Shown piece by piece: positions 26,001 through 42,215 of a stretch of DNA of 64,000 nt (position 1 is the first letter of the stretch; every line of letters starts with the position of its first letter). This stretch comes from Raillietiella orientalis. Taxonomy: Eukaryota. The notes beneath the pieces are model-generated. The model did not search any database. It was given only the letters and a program-made list of their open reading frames with translations, and was not told where the DNA came from. Location: positions 1,488,001 through 1,552,000 of the forward strand of contig JAYWIR010000022.1 of the NCBI GenBank assembly GCA_036172245.1. The letters run 5' to 3'. Position numbers and translations under genes: made by a program.

Positions 26001-28454
26001 ACGAGAGAAAGAGACGCTTTCGGAAGCCTTCGTTAGACTGTCCCGACGGAGCGTTTCTGCAGTAGGAAAACAGCAAGCGCGCTTGCGCTCAGGCGACATC
26101 CGCCGACAGGAGCACCGTAAGATAGAAGGAAGAACTCATATTCGAGGACCCCCTGGTTTTGGAAAGGAAAGGAAGAGAAGAACATCTGAGTACGCTTGTG
26201 CGTATTCGTAGGATGCCTCAGGAATTGATTGTGGAAGAGAAAGAAAGATCAAGGGACACAGGAACCGAAGGGCGTCGCTGCAATGCTCCAAGAACCAGAA
26301 GGCATCGTTCTTCTTCCATAATCGTCAACGACACGGAATATCCTAGTCAGTGCGATGCATTGTATCTGCCAACAGCAAGGCTAGCGAAGACCCAGCAAAG
26401 AAGGAAAAGAGGGATGGACCGGAGGACGAGAACAGAATATGAAAGAAATGAGGTGGAAGGCCCGAAGACCCCACCTCAAGCTCTCGACTTTCCCGATTTA
26501 GGTTCAGGATTGCTGTCCTTAGGCTGTGATGCATGCAGCGCTGCAACTAGTGAACCCATCACAAGCTACTTCAGTAAGCAGGGCACAAATGTGGAACAGC
26601 CATTCTGGAAATGCACAAACAAGCTGGGATTCTCAGCATGAAACTCCTTTCAGGCACTACAGTGAACTTGGATTAATGCAGGACCTACAGTATGAAGTGT
26701 CGTCAGTGTTGAGTCAGCAGACTTGCTCGGAGAGTCGGGCAGCCGAAGGACTCTTTTAAAGACGAAAAACCAAATCAATTTTAACCAGCTACTCTTATCT
26801 TCTAAAGCTATTCATAATTCTAAACTGGCAAATAATCAGAAAACAACAAATTGCATCAGACGACATGATGACAGTGAGCACAAAAAGACTCTTTAGTCTG
26901 AAAAATCGTGACAAGAAAATCAGTTGACAGATTAATTGATAAAGAAATTGTATCCAATTCCTTCTGAACGTTTAAATCATTATTAGCGAATTATTTTAAA
27001 GAAGTCAATATGACACGCAAAGACAAAAGACAAATATTAAGGTAAACTCTTTTTCATTTTATCAATCTCTTTTGTATGCTTGAAATTCAAATCTGTCATG
27101 AATGGAATAAAGATGTGAAAAACACTAAAATGCCGCATTAACTTTGGTACTTGCTGATAAGACGTATCTTAATATGAGATATGCAGCAAAACTATGTCTA
27201 TATTTGTCTTAATTGCCTTACCAAAACAAGATATGGATGAGTAGCGTGAAGATTTTGTAACATATGATTGTAAACGTCTACATGACTGCACATACGTACA
27301 GATGATTTAATTTGGAAGGCATCAATATGAAAACAAAGTCTGAAAATTCTGTTCGGAGCAAATTACTCAAAAGATTACTTCAAATTCACTTGAAACTTTG
27401 GAAAACCATTTTGTACTTAACTGCTTTGGATAAAATTTTTCTTTTTTTTTACTGCATTTTTGTGTATGAAGTTTTATATCTAGATAATGAGATCATTGAT
27501 GTTCAACTTAAAGGAATGAAAACAATAATTGATTAGATTTTTTCATGATCTCTTTTTTCTTTTTACAGATAAGGGGCTTCATTTAAGCCCTTTCGTTTGA
27601 TTCACGGATAGTGTTTGATAACAATGTCATTTGCATTATTCCGACATCTACTACTGAAGATTTGTAACGTTCCTATCTTTCTGAATCGTTTTTTATAGCA
27701 TTAGAACTATGTATTTGAATACCGTACACACAGGATTTGAATACCATTTATACATTGCATACCAGGGTTAATGGAATGGCCGTGTTTATTTTTGTTTTTT
27801 GTTGATTATAAATGAGTACATTTTCAAAGATTTTTTTTCCTGAAATCAGTGCGATCTAATCTGAGGCTGCATTCTATCCCCTGTTTGATGTTTTTGTCCG
27901 CGAATGTTTGGGGAATTCTTTTTTTTTTTTTTCCAAAGTATGTTTCATCACACCTGTTTCATAATTACACGATCTGTCTAGAGGTGCTTCAAGATTTCAG
28001 ATACTTTTGTGTGCGCCTGACCTCTAGTAAAAATGTTTCTTTTTTTTTTGGTGGACAAAAGATTAAAAGACAAGTCTGGTGTTAGGTGCTTCATCTATTG
28101 CTGCATTTTAGTGAATTTCTGCTGAATTGTCAGGGAAGCTTGTGATTTACGCCTCCTGATTGCTGCAGTAGCGCTCGGTGATTTTTTAAAGTACTACGCT
28201 TGCATATAAACAACAATAGCTGGAATAAAGTGGCTTGCTTGATTTAGGAGGGTGTCTTGTGTGTAGGTAATGCTTTTTGGAGACAGTGTCAAAGTGTTAA
28301 AATATCCAATTAAAATTATGAAAAAGTGATTATTTATGTCCTTTAATAGTGAATTTTTTGGTTCTGTATATGTAATCTTGAGAAATCAGAAAAATTGCTT
28401 ACACATCTTCCATTTGCCCACCGTTAAAAATGTGTTCCTGGATGAATTGAAAGC

Positions 28455-32125
<3,671 letters not shown>

Positions 32126-32468
32126 AATAATTGTGGATTTGATAAGGAATGGATAACTAATTCTTTGACATTCAACATAGCTGCCTTATTTTTTCTTGCA
32201 AAGTGTATTACAGTGTTGATTCAGATATTATTCATTAGTTGACCCATCAGATATTTATGAAGTTTAGCATTCCGTGCACTCTACTATTTGGTGCTACTGT
32301 GAAGATATTGTGATGATAGTATTGTGCAAGTCGTTAATCACAAGATAAGGAATTAAACTTTAAGGCTTCATTTAAAGAGGAGTGGATAGCTTTTCGTGCA
32401 TAATTTAATAATCTAAGAGTATTAAATTATTTTAAGAGTTTTTCTTCGACTCACTTGTTGATATATTA

Positions 32469-32474
32469 AATAAA
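32469..32474 (+). terminator. Candidate AATAAA polyadenylation signal of the GCK-III gene
   Basis: aataaa about 340 nt after the stop codon. Confidence 0.55.
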
Positions 32475-32507
32475 GATATATTTAATGCACAGTTTCTGTA
32501 CCAAACA

Positions 32508-32513
32508 TTTATT
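32508..32513 (-). terminator. Candidate AATAAA polyadenylation signal of the aconitase gene
   Basis: tttatt on + (AATAAA on -) about 225 nt after the aconitase stop codon. Confidence 0.55.
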
Positions 32514-32736
32514 CATGCCATATTAAGGTTAATCTTTTGTCAGTTCTTCCTTTCAATTCTTTAGGAAAAATGCGTTAGGGAGGCTCAAGACTTCTAAAAT
32601 CTAATGTTCTGTTCAACTGATTGCTTTATTAACGTAATTTTGACAGTGTACCAGTTACATAAACTATATATCTCTATTTTAGATTATTTTGCCATCTGAT
32701 ATGCTACTAGCACTCTGTCTAAATAACCAGAAAAAA

Positions 32737-35700
32737 TCATTTTCTCTTCTTCTGCTTCATGTAATTTAGAGCACTCCCAGCTTTAAACCAACAGATCTGC
32801 TCTTCATTAAATGAGTGCTGGAGCTTTATGGTGTGTTCTGTTCCATCTGTATGTTTTACTATGCAGGTGACAGCCTAAACAATGGCATTAGTACCCACTA
32901 CACAAACACCGCCTTACTTTTCCTGGAGACAAATTCTTTAAATCAATCAAGGACAATTTATCAGATGGACGAATAGTATCATAATCCGAAGGATTCGAAA
33001 ATGTGAGAGGGAGCAGGCCTTGTTTTTTCAAATTAGTTTCATGGATGCGAGCAAAACTTTTGACTATGATTGCTCTGCCACCTAAATGACGTGGCTCTAA
33101 GGCTGCATGCTCACGACTACTTCCTTCACCTATCCATTCATAAATGAAATTATACAACAAACTACATTAGCATTTTACGCAAGTTCACCATAATTTTCAT
33201 CTCCAATGGCACACCAGCGAATTCCTTTACTTTTGTAATAACGGGCTACTGTGGATATTGCATCAAACTCGTTTGTTTCCACATTTCGAACGTTGTTCAT
33301 TTGCCCGTTTTCTTCATTCACGGCACTTTAGTAGCTATGAAATTCGCTATTTAAAAGTAATACTGCTTACGTCAAAAATAAATTATTTGAAATATTATCT
33401 AGGTGACCACGATATTTTAGCCAAGGTCCAGCAGCAGAAATGTGATCAGTTGTACATTTGCCTTTCACCTGGAAATAAAAGAATGTTCCATTTGCTATTA
33501 TATGAAGTGTGTTCACCTTAATAAGGATAGTCATATCCAATAGGTCTTTACCGTCCCATACATCAAATGGTTCCAAAAGTTGCAGTCTTTCAGATTTGGG
33601 ATCCACTTTCACCTCAATGTTGGAGCTATCTTCAGGAGGACTTGTGTAAGTATCCTGGCCAGGGTCAAAACCTCGAACAGGAAGTTCATCTCCAGTTGGA
33701 GGAACCAAAGTAAAAACTTCGCCATCATTTCCTTTTAATTTGTCTGTCAATGGATTGAAATCCAAGCTTCCGGATATAGCAAATGCAGTAACTAATTCTG
33801 GAGATGTAATAAATGCATGAGTGGCCGGATTGGCATCATTTCTTCCAACAAAATTTCTGTTATATGATGTAACAATAGTATTTTTTTCTCCTTTCTTAAC
33901 ATCTGATCGATTCCACTGTCCAATACATGGACCACATGCATTTGCCAGAATTATTCCACCAAACTTTTCCAAAATTTCAGCAAAACCATCCCGTTCAATA
34001 GTAGCTCGTATCTGTTCTGATCCTGGAGTAACTGTGAAAAGACACTTTGCTTTTAAACCATGTTGAAGAGCTTGCTTTGCAATATGCGCACACTTCGCCA
34101 TATCTTCATAACTGGAGTTTGTGCAACTTCCAATAAGTGCTGCAATCAAGTTCATAAAAATAATACCTATTTTAAACTTACCGACACTTATATTTTGGGG
34201 CCACTGGTTACGTTCTGATGCTTCTGATAATGTTTGGATGGGATGAGCAAGATCTGGAGTGAAAGGTCCATTCACATGTGGTTCCAAATGATCTAAATTA
34301 ATCTCAACTAACTAGAGTAACTGTTATAACTCTAGTTTCCGTATTTGATAGCAACCTCATCATAAAATGCATCAGCATCTGCAGTCAATAGTTTATCCTT
34401 GTATTGGAAACATGTCTCAGCAATTTCAGAACGTCCTGTAGCATGCAAGTAATCAGCCATACGCTGACCATAAGGAAACACAGAAGTTGTAGCACCAAGT
34501 TCTGCTCCCATATTACAAATAGTTGCCATACCTAAATACTCATAGCTAATGACTTTTTAAACTTTATACTGACCAGTGCAAGAAATGGAATCTATGCCAG
34601 GACCACTATACTCAATTATAGCACCTGTTCCGCCTTTCACAGTTAAAATACCGGCCAATTTCAGTATAACATCTTTGGGCGAAGTCCAATTATTCAATTT
34701 TCCAGTTAAGTTAACGTTGATAACCTAGCATTTCAAAGTTGCCATTATTTGGTACCTTCAGGTCTTGTAAATTTTCACATCTGCGTGCAACATTATCATA
34801 ACATTATTAATAGATGCATTCATGAATTCTAGTAGCTGCTACAAAAAAAATCACAACCAATTCATTTTTAAATGAAGTTCACAACAATAATTTAAACTAA
34901 CAAACAAGTAGACATTGTTAACTTTTAAACAAGAGTGACAACTACACAGCTTTCTCATCTTTACCCACAAATATTCTATATGATACAGCACACTACGTAT
35001 AAACTATTCCTAGAAATAAAAACAGAAGAATTTATCATGTAGTGCAAAATCACCAGCAGTAATTTTCAAGAAAGGTAAATAAGATAGCAAGTGCTATGTC
35101 TGGGGTATTCTTCTTATTACAATATAAATTTGGTAATTCATTTTCTCATCAAATTTATGTCTAATTCATCAGCCAGAAGAACGGATTGAATTTTCACAAG
35201 AGCTGAGAGAATCTGAATTTTCGGAAATTCAGGCCCTTTGACCAATTTGATTCCACAAGACGTAAAAGCATGATTAATGATTAATTTACAAAATCGTAAT
35301 GTTTCACAAACTTTAAATTCATTTGTAGAAAAGAAGGCAATTTGTTTGACACCACAGCTGTAATTATGATAAATTCATAAATAGCTAAATTTTTGAAGCT
35401 TGAGCCTAGACCCTAAATACGAATAACTGAAACAAATCACTTTGATGTTTACATTACTGTAAATAATGTTTTAAACAATTTCCGAACTAGCCAAAAAGGC
35501 TCAACACAGTCCAATGCATACCTTACTGGAAGTAGTATTTAATGAATCAGGAATAAAAAAAAATGTTTTTGTACAAAAATTCACCAAACTGTAATAAAGT
35601 TTCTCTTGCCAAACCATAACACGAATCTTGATTCATACCTACTTGTGTTGATTTTCAACTGTTGAAAAAGTAAAGCAGTGAAATTCTGATGTACCATGAA

Positions 35701-38700
35701 ATTAAACTTAAAATACAACTAACAAATAAGGATGCAATTTGGCACATTTTTACAAATTCAATACACTTGCACATTTCAATGAGTCAAATGAACACATAAT
35801 GCAGGGAATGGATAGACAATTAATACATTAAAAAGTTCCTGATGGTATGAATCTCTTGGTATTTATTAACCACTAAACATTCATACCATCAATAAACCAT
35901 TACACTCGAAAATGACACTTGACAAAAAAGCTTATGATACTTTACAAATATCAATGCTTCGGATAGCACTAAGACAACACATGGGTAGGCTGAAATTAGG
36001 GAAATGAATTGGAATATCCTTGATAAGATACTAATTTTGTTTCCATAAGACGCCATAATTCTGATGGGAAAATGCAGAAATTTATTTTCATGAACTGTCA
36101 ATTTGGTAAGAAAAAGTTCGGCTTAAATCCATCAGCATTTATGTTAATTGAACCACAGTACAAGTTGTTACTACATGCTCATCAAAACTCGTTTCACACT
36201 TCTTTAGAAGGATCTTTACATTTTTCTGGTTTTAAAAAATTGAGAATTATCTATTTCATTTTGAAATGTATAAAAAAATCTGGCAAGCAAGAAAAATCTG
36301 TGTTTGTGCTTATAAATCAGTGCCTCTCAGTGTTAAACAGAATACCTAAGAGCAACACATTCTGCAATAAATGAGATAAGCTTAACAGGTCCATGGGGAA
36401 AATCCCATCCTTAAGACTTGCTTCAACATTGCATATTTACTACCAGTTCATTCATCCATCAATGGGCAGGTATGAGAAATATTTAAGAATTAAGAGAGTT
36501 GTTTAAGAGAATTCTGTTTATCACTCATACTGTCCTCTTACGGAATCGAAGCTCGAAATCTATATCCCTTGCTCAGTTAGGTACTGAAGGATTTCATTTC
36601 CCAGTTTTGTTTATCCAGATTTGATGTATTCTGCTTCTTATGAGCTTGCTTGCAACAAACTCCCAATTCATTCCCAATAAATAGTAATTAACTAAACATT
36701 ACAATGATTGCACAGATAGCGATATTATTCTTGAAAACGTTCAGTAAGTAATCCCCATTGACATATGGGAATGTTCTTAAGCAATACAACTACAACAACA
36801 AGGGTGAACTAGATAATATTTTTATAAAGTAATGAGAAAAAATAGTCGACTAACCTTTGGGCACTTCAATTCCCAAGCTATGTCTGCCATTACATCTACA
36901 GCATCAGCTCCACCAACACCAATGCATAATCCTGACAATCCCCCACCATTTGGAGTATGTGAATCAGTACCTATCATTAATAACCCAGGAAAAGCATAAT
37001 TTTCAAGGATAATCTTTATCAGGATAGCAATTATTCTCCTCATTTTGTGTTTACCTGATGTATTATTCCTGAACCTGGTTTCCAGAAACCAAGTCCATAC
37101 TTTGCTGATGCAGACCTCAAAAAGTTAAACACTTCTTTGTTCTGTGATAAAGATGCTGTTAAATCATTATTGCTACCCTCCTAAAAATATTAATCATAAG
37201 AGTGCAGTGATAATGGAAAACATGATCCTTTATTAAATCACAAATACCTTTGCTACAATAAGATGATCACAGTGAACAGTTGAAGGAACAGCAACTCTAG
37301 GGATTCCACTAGACATAAACTGTAAAATTGCCATCTGTGCAGTAGCATCTTGCAGTGCGACTCTGTCAGGTCTTAGTTTTAAATAGCTTTGACCTCGAGC
37401 TATATCCTGTTTTTCAGGATTATCCAAATGTGAATACAGTATTTTCTCCGAAAGTGTCAATGGTCTACGTAACCTTGTTTGAAAGCAAATAAAAAATTAA
37501 GCAAATGCTTAATAATAAGTAGAAATTAGCCATGCAATGTATTCTACATCTTTAATGTTTAACTCAACCAACCTTTTTTTGACTACTTCTAAGTTATTGA
37601 CTAACTGGTCATATGGTAAAAAGGTTTTCGGGTCAAATTTGCTAATAGAAACTCTTGCAGATGAAAGATATCTGGAAGAATTACGTGCAATGCCACAAAT
37701 TCTTTGGTAATAAACCTGAAAAAAAAACATAAACATAAACAAAAGCCAAACTACAAAAATTTAAAATTTCAGTTTAGCATGAATAACAATGATTATGATA
37801 CAACATATAGTGGATGAAATACAAACTATACAAACTTTCGAGGTTACACTAACAACATTTTGTACTATCATGAACAGTATGCAAAAAGAAACCAATGAAC
37901 CCCTACATAATCCCTCAATCACAGTTTCACTGAAATTCTCTCAACTAGGCTAAATGACCTTCCAAATGTATATTACTCAGCCAGATGTAACTTTCATCAC
38001 ATTAATGTTGTAATCACTAGTTGCAATGTTTATAAACAGCAAACTTTACTTCATGTAAATAAAGAACTCAAGAAACAGCAGTAAATGTATATTAAATCTC
38101 AACTGTGCTGCAAAACACAAGCTATGCACCATGGTAAAATAACCTAATCAAGACATTTATCAAATTTTCCATTGATTACTTATAAAAAATCAAATACAAG
38201 GCTCTTGATAATTTCCAAATTTTAGGAACCTGTTTTTGTGAAATAAAATTTCCAAAAATACAAGCAATTTCTTATAATTACGAAGCAGATGGATGTTTTG
38301 ATTGTTACATGGTTCCTTTCTTTATTTAGTAAGCACTTCCATTCAGACAGTGTTATGATGCTGATCTCATAATATAAATACCGACTGTTCCAATCCTCAA
38401 GAGCCGAAACAAGTTTATAGCATAGAGAATGTTTTTCTTTATGCTAACTTTACACTGTGGGCAAAATCCGTGAACTTTTTTCTTGCCACCATTGAATATA
38501 CTTCCTCAACAAAACAGAACTATGATTTTTACACCTGTAAGCTCTGTTCTGAAATACTCTCATCTACTTTGTGCATCATAAGAGAATATATGATAGACTT
38601 GCCCTATTTGCTTAGAATTCATCAATAATATCCTTAGAGTCTATAAATTTCATAAATGCTTCATACTGTTAAGGAAATTTTTGTAAATTGCAAAACTCAA

Positions 38701-40054
38701 TATTTTGTACCTTTATAAATCCACTGCAATGAGTATTTTAAATGTCTAACTGTAATAAAAACGGAAAAAATCAAGAATTGTACTTTTAAACATTCCTAGT
38801 TACAGTAATTAGTATTTATAAATCTTATATTACTTGGATGGGTTACAGATGCAAAATAATAGTAATTTAAAGCTTCTAGTAGTACTTAAAAAGAGCTTTT
38901 TTTCTCATTCTTCAAACTAATTTGGGGAATAAAACAGAGAAAGTAAATCAATACACCCTTCTAATAGGTAAATAGGTATAAAAAATGATGAAAGTCAACA
39001 TTAGGGACAATTTTGCTGTGAAAACACACTCGAACAGCCCACTTCAAAGAAATAGTTCCATGAAGCAAAACCAGATCAGTTTGCAGAAAATTTCCAAAAG
39101 TAATTCTACATGGAAATTAATCATTCAAAATCTTTCATAAGTGTGCTCCTGCTTTGCATACTGGAGGAAGACCTTGATTCATGTTACACAAGATTGATGA
39201 AATATTACAGAAATATGCTTTGAATTACAAGAACTACGGAACATTTGCAAAATTTTTATGCAGACAAAACATACTTTCAGTGCTATTCTACATTAAAAAC
39301 TGCATTAGTATCCCAGTATTACACAAGTTTTTTCCATAGTTTTCAGATTTTAAGGGATCTGAATAACTACCATTACTGTACTTTGTCATACTTACCACAT
39401 CAAAGGAACATTAACAATGAGTCCTCTTCTGCAGTTCTGTCAATCTACTGCAATGCACCTACTAGGTTCTACATTGAATGCACGTCAGTTGGAAACGCAA
39501 AAGTTTTTAAATTAAGAATATGAAAAACTGCTGTTATCCTTCCCAAGTAAAAAAGAAAAAAAAATCTGTGGTATAAACTAACACTTGAACAAATATATAC
39601 TACCTGGACTTATAATACAGAATGAGGTACAAGAGGGTCTTATATTTTTTTTAAAAAATATACAATCGGTCTTGTTGCATAAATTGATGAAACTCGCACT
39701 TATGGCATGTCCTACATACTTAGGAATCACAAAGTGCAGCATGTGTAATATGTTACACCTGCAACATGCGACTATTATTCCTAAAGTGAAAACAGTTTAT
39801 TCAGATATTTCTTTTCAGTGAACACTCCAAGGATTTCGATCGAAATTTGCGATGGCTGTTTCAAAGAAATGCAAAATAATTGTTTTCGAATGTTAAGTTT
39901 ATTATCATGAAATTTTGGGTGAGACCACAACTTTATTAACATGTAATAGGTGACTAATTATTGTACTAAGTGACAAAGTCCTACACAAAACAAAGTCATT
40001 ACCATAGGAAAGCAAACTATAAACTGAGAAAGTAACTATGTCGGCACTCACCAT
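32737..40054 (-). CDS. ACO2: Mitochondrial aconitate hydratase, 13 coding exons, about 773 aa
   Basis: Exons 40054-40052 (ATG only), 37715-37573, 37473-37248, 37180-37055, 37013-36855, 34724-34574, 34531-34356, 34311-34182, 34139-33517, 33468-33371, 33325-33189, 33129-32918, 32874-32737 (2322 nt). Motifs [48 protein letters not shown] (Fe-S ligands), [12 protein letters not shown]. Confidence 0.97.
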
Positions 40055-42167
40055 TTTTGAAATAGTTAAAACTTTATTACATGGAACAAAAAATCACTTT
40101 TTTGAACAAATACTGGGCATCAAATGGTAAAGTCGGTTTCACTCGTTCATCAGGTGCATCATCACCTTTCCATGTTCCAGATTCTGATACCACTATCCAC
40201 AGCACGCTTCAAACACGTTAAAAAATCACAACCATTCGGTCTGGCAACAGAATATAAAAATAACAAGGTACACAGAAGAGAAAAATCCAGTTTTCACGAA
40301 ATTTAATGCCGGTCCACGTTCATTATGAAAATCCATACTAGGCTCATTAGATGCTGCACTAAATTCTCTGGTTTTACTGTGTTCGGATTTTTCGGCCAAA
40401 TTTTAAACACGTTCCAAAGCTCTAATCGAATTCAATAAGATGTCTTTGTTTGTTGTCTAAACAATACAAGCAACTGCATTTTATATGTATTATGTACCCT
40501 GGAGGCTTTCGCTTTGTTAAACAAATGATGAATCTGGACCCCATGCTTTTTCCATCTCACAACGTATTTTGCCATCCTTGTGATTTGCTTTCATCCTTGA
40601 TCATAGAAAAGCATGATGAAATGATTTCAAATCTCCTTACGCGCAGTTTCGGGTAGCTTGTAATTTCATTTTTAGCCACCTTGTAGTATTCACATCACAT
40701 TCATCAATGACCACACCGAACATAATATATTCATACTCTTTTATCATGGAAGATCAAAAATATTATCCCTCAGTATTCGTAGGGTAATGCGGAAGTATCA
40801 TTAATATATCAAGAAAACAAAGTTCCATACAGTCATCACAGTCTTAACTGAAAGAAATGGGAGTGTACATACTGGTATAAAGAATACAAAGAGCTGATCA
40901 TAAGTGAAACCATTTATGGTGGTAGCTCAATTTGCTGTAAGACATGTAATTTTCAATTTAAAGTGTTGAACACGATTGAATCAACATTTCGAATTTGAAT
41001 AGCACTGTATTTCCTCATTAGTTAACCTACCACGTGCTGCACCAATTCAATAATTATGCAATTAATATCATTTTTTTTTTAAAGGGAAAAGGAACACGGC
41101 CTTTTTTTTTTTTTCCTCTAAAGAGTCCATAACAGTAACAATCGGAAAAATCACATATTCAACATGAGCTGAGACAATGAACGATATCTTGAAGATTTTC
41201 ATTGAATCAGCATTCCTTTTAGGAAGGAATACTACATTGAGAAAACCATCCTTAAAATACTTCCACTTCCACTCATTTGATTACGAAATATTCAACAAGT
41301 ACTCTTTAGAATAATACTAAACATTCTTAAGTATCTCCAATGGACATCAAGAAGATCAAGACTTTAAATGTCTTGAGACATCCATCAAAAGAATTCATTA
41401 GTGGACAAGTCAGGATCTTTACTAGATTTGAATTCTAAACAGGTATTTGTGTCTTTGCAGATGTGGAAATTTCCTCAAAACTTCTCATCAATGTTAGGGG
41501 CCTGTTCTTCTGTGAAGAGTCAGTCATCTTCTGGTATTTTTCTTCTAACAAGTAGTGAAGTCTTCAGACAGGTCGTAAAATTGGATTCTCCATAAGCAGC
41601 TTTATTGTCGCTCCTTGTTTCCTTAATTCATTATAGAAGATCATCATTATACATGATGTTCTTCTATAATGAAACTGAAGTAACATCATTATAGAAGCTC
41701 TATATATTTTCCGTAATGTCACTTTTAGTACCGCTTGGCATGGTAGCATTTAAGGATATCCTATTCTGGGTTCCTTGATGTTTTCTTTGAGTCCTTTGAT
41801 TGTATCAACCATTCCCTTTATCAGCCATTCGCTCCTCGATTTCAAAATGTTTGGAGACTCATCGTTTCATCTTTGAAGTAACAACTCATGATTCTAGGAT
41901 GACTGATGTCGTTAAAAGGTTATTTCTGATTGGAGATTAAGGACTAATGGATCACACTGTTCACAATATCGAAGTGTCCAGCTACATAAAGGCTGAGTCA
42001 TTTCCAAGTTCCACACAAAGTAGTTAGTAATGGTTCCCTGACAAACGAAGCAATAATAGAAGCTTAAGTATTAGGTTGACCGAACTCTGTAAGCGTCAAC
42101 CGACCTAGATAGATGGGAGGGCACTTCATCAGATATTACTTCATCCCCTCTTTTTTGTCTTCAATGG

Positions 42168-42215
42168 ATGTATGATGGTGCAGATGTATGATGTGAATGT
42201 ATGATGTATGATGTA
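42168..42215 (+). repeat. Short degenerate tandem repeat of atgtatg/atgtatgatg
   Basis: About four copies of atgtatgatg within 50 nt. Confidence 0.7.

Noticed and set aside
33130..33516. Aconitase introns flanked by short direct repeats (GGTGAA/AGGTGAA) suggesting recent intron gain
   Set aside because: The repeats coincide with the splice consensus, and the LIK|VKG intron position is, from memory, shared with vertebrates.
40125..40165. Minus-strand CUGAUGA-acgagu-GAAAC resembling a minimal hammerhead ribozyme core upstream of aconitase
   Set aside because: No GUH cleavage triplet or stem III after GAAAC, and no convincing stem I.
40055..40300. Possible iron-responsive element in the aconitase 5' UTR, as in mammalian ACO2
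   Set aside because: Only a CAGUAU without a pairing stem; no CAGUGH hairpin with bulged C.
41340..41900. Purine-rich coding-like stretch on the minus strand
   Set aside because: Multiple stops and no recognisable motif; cannot be supported as gene or pseudogene.
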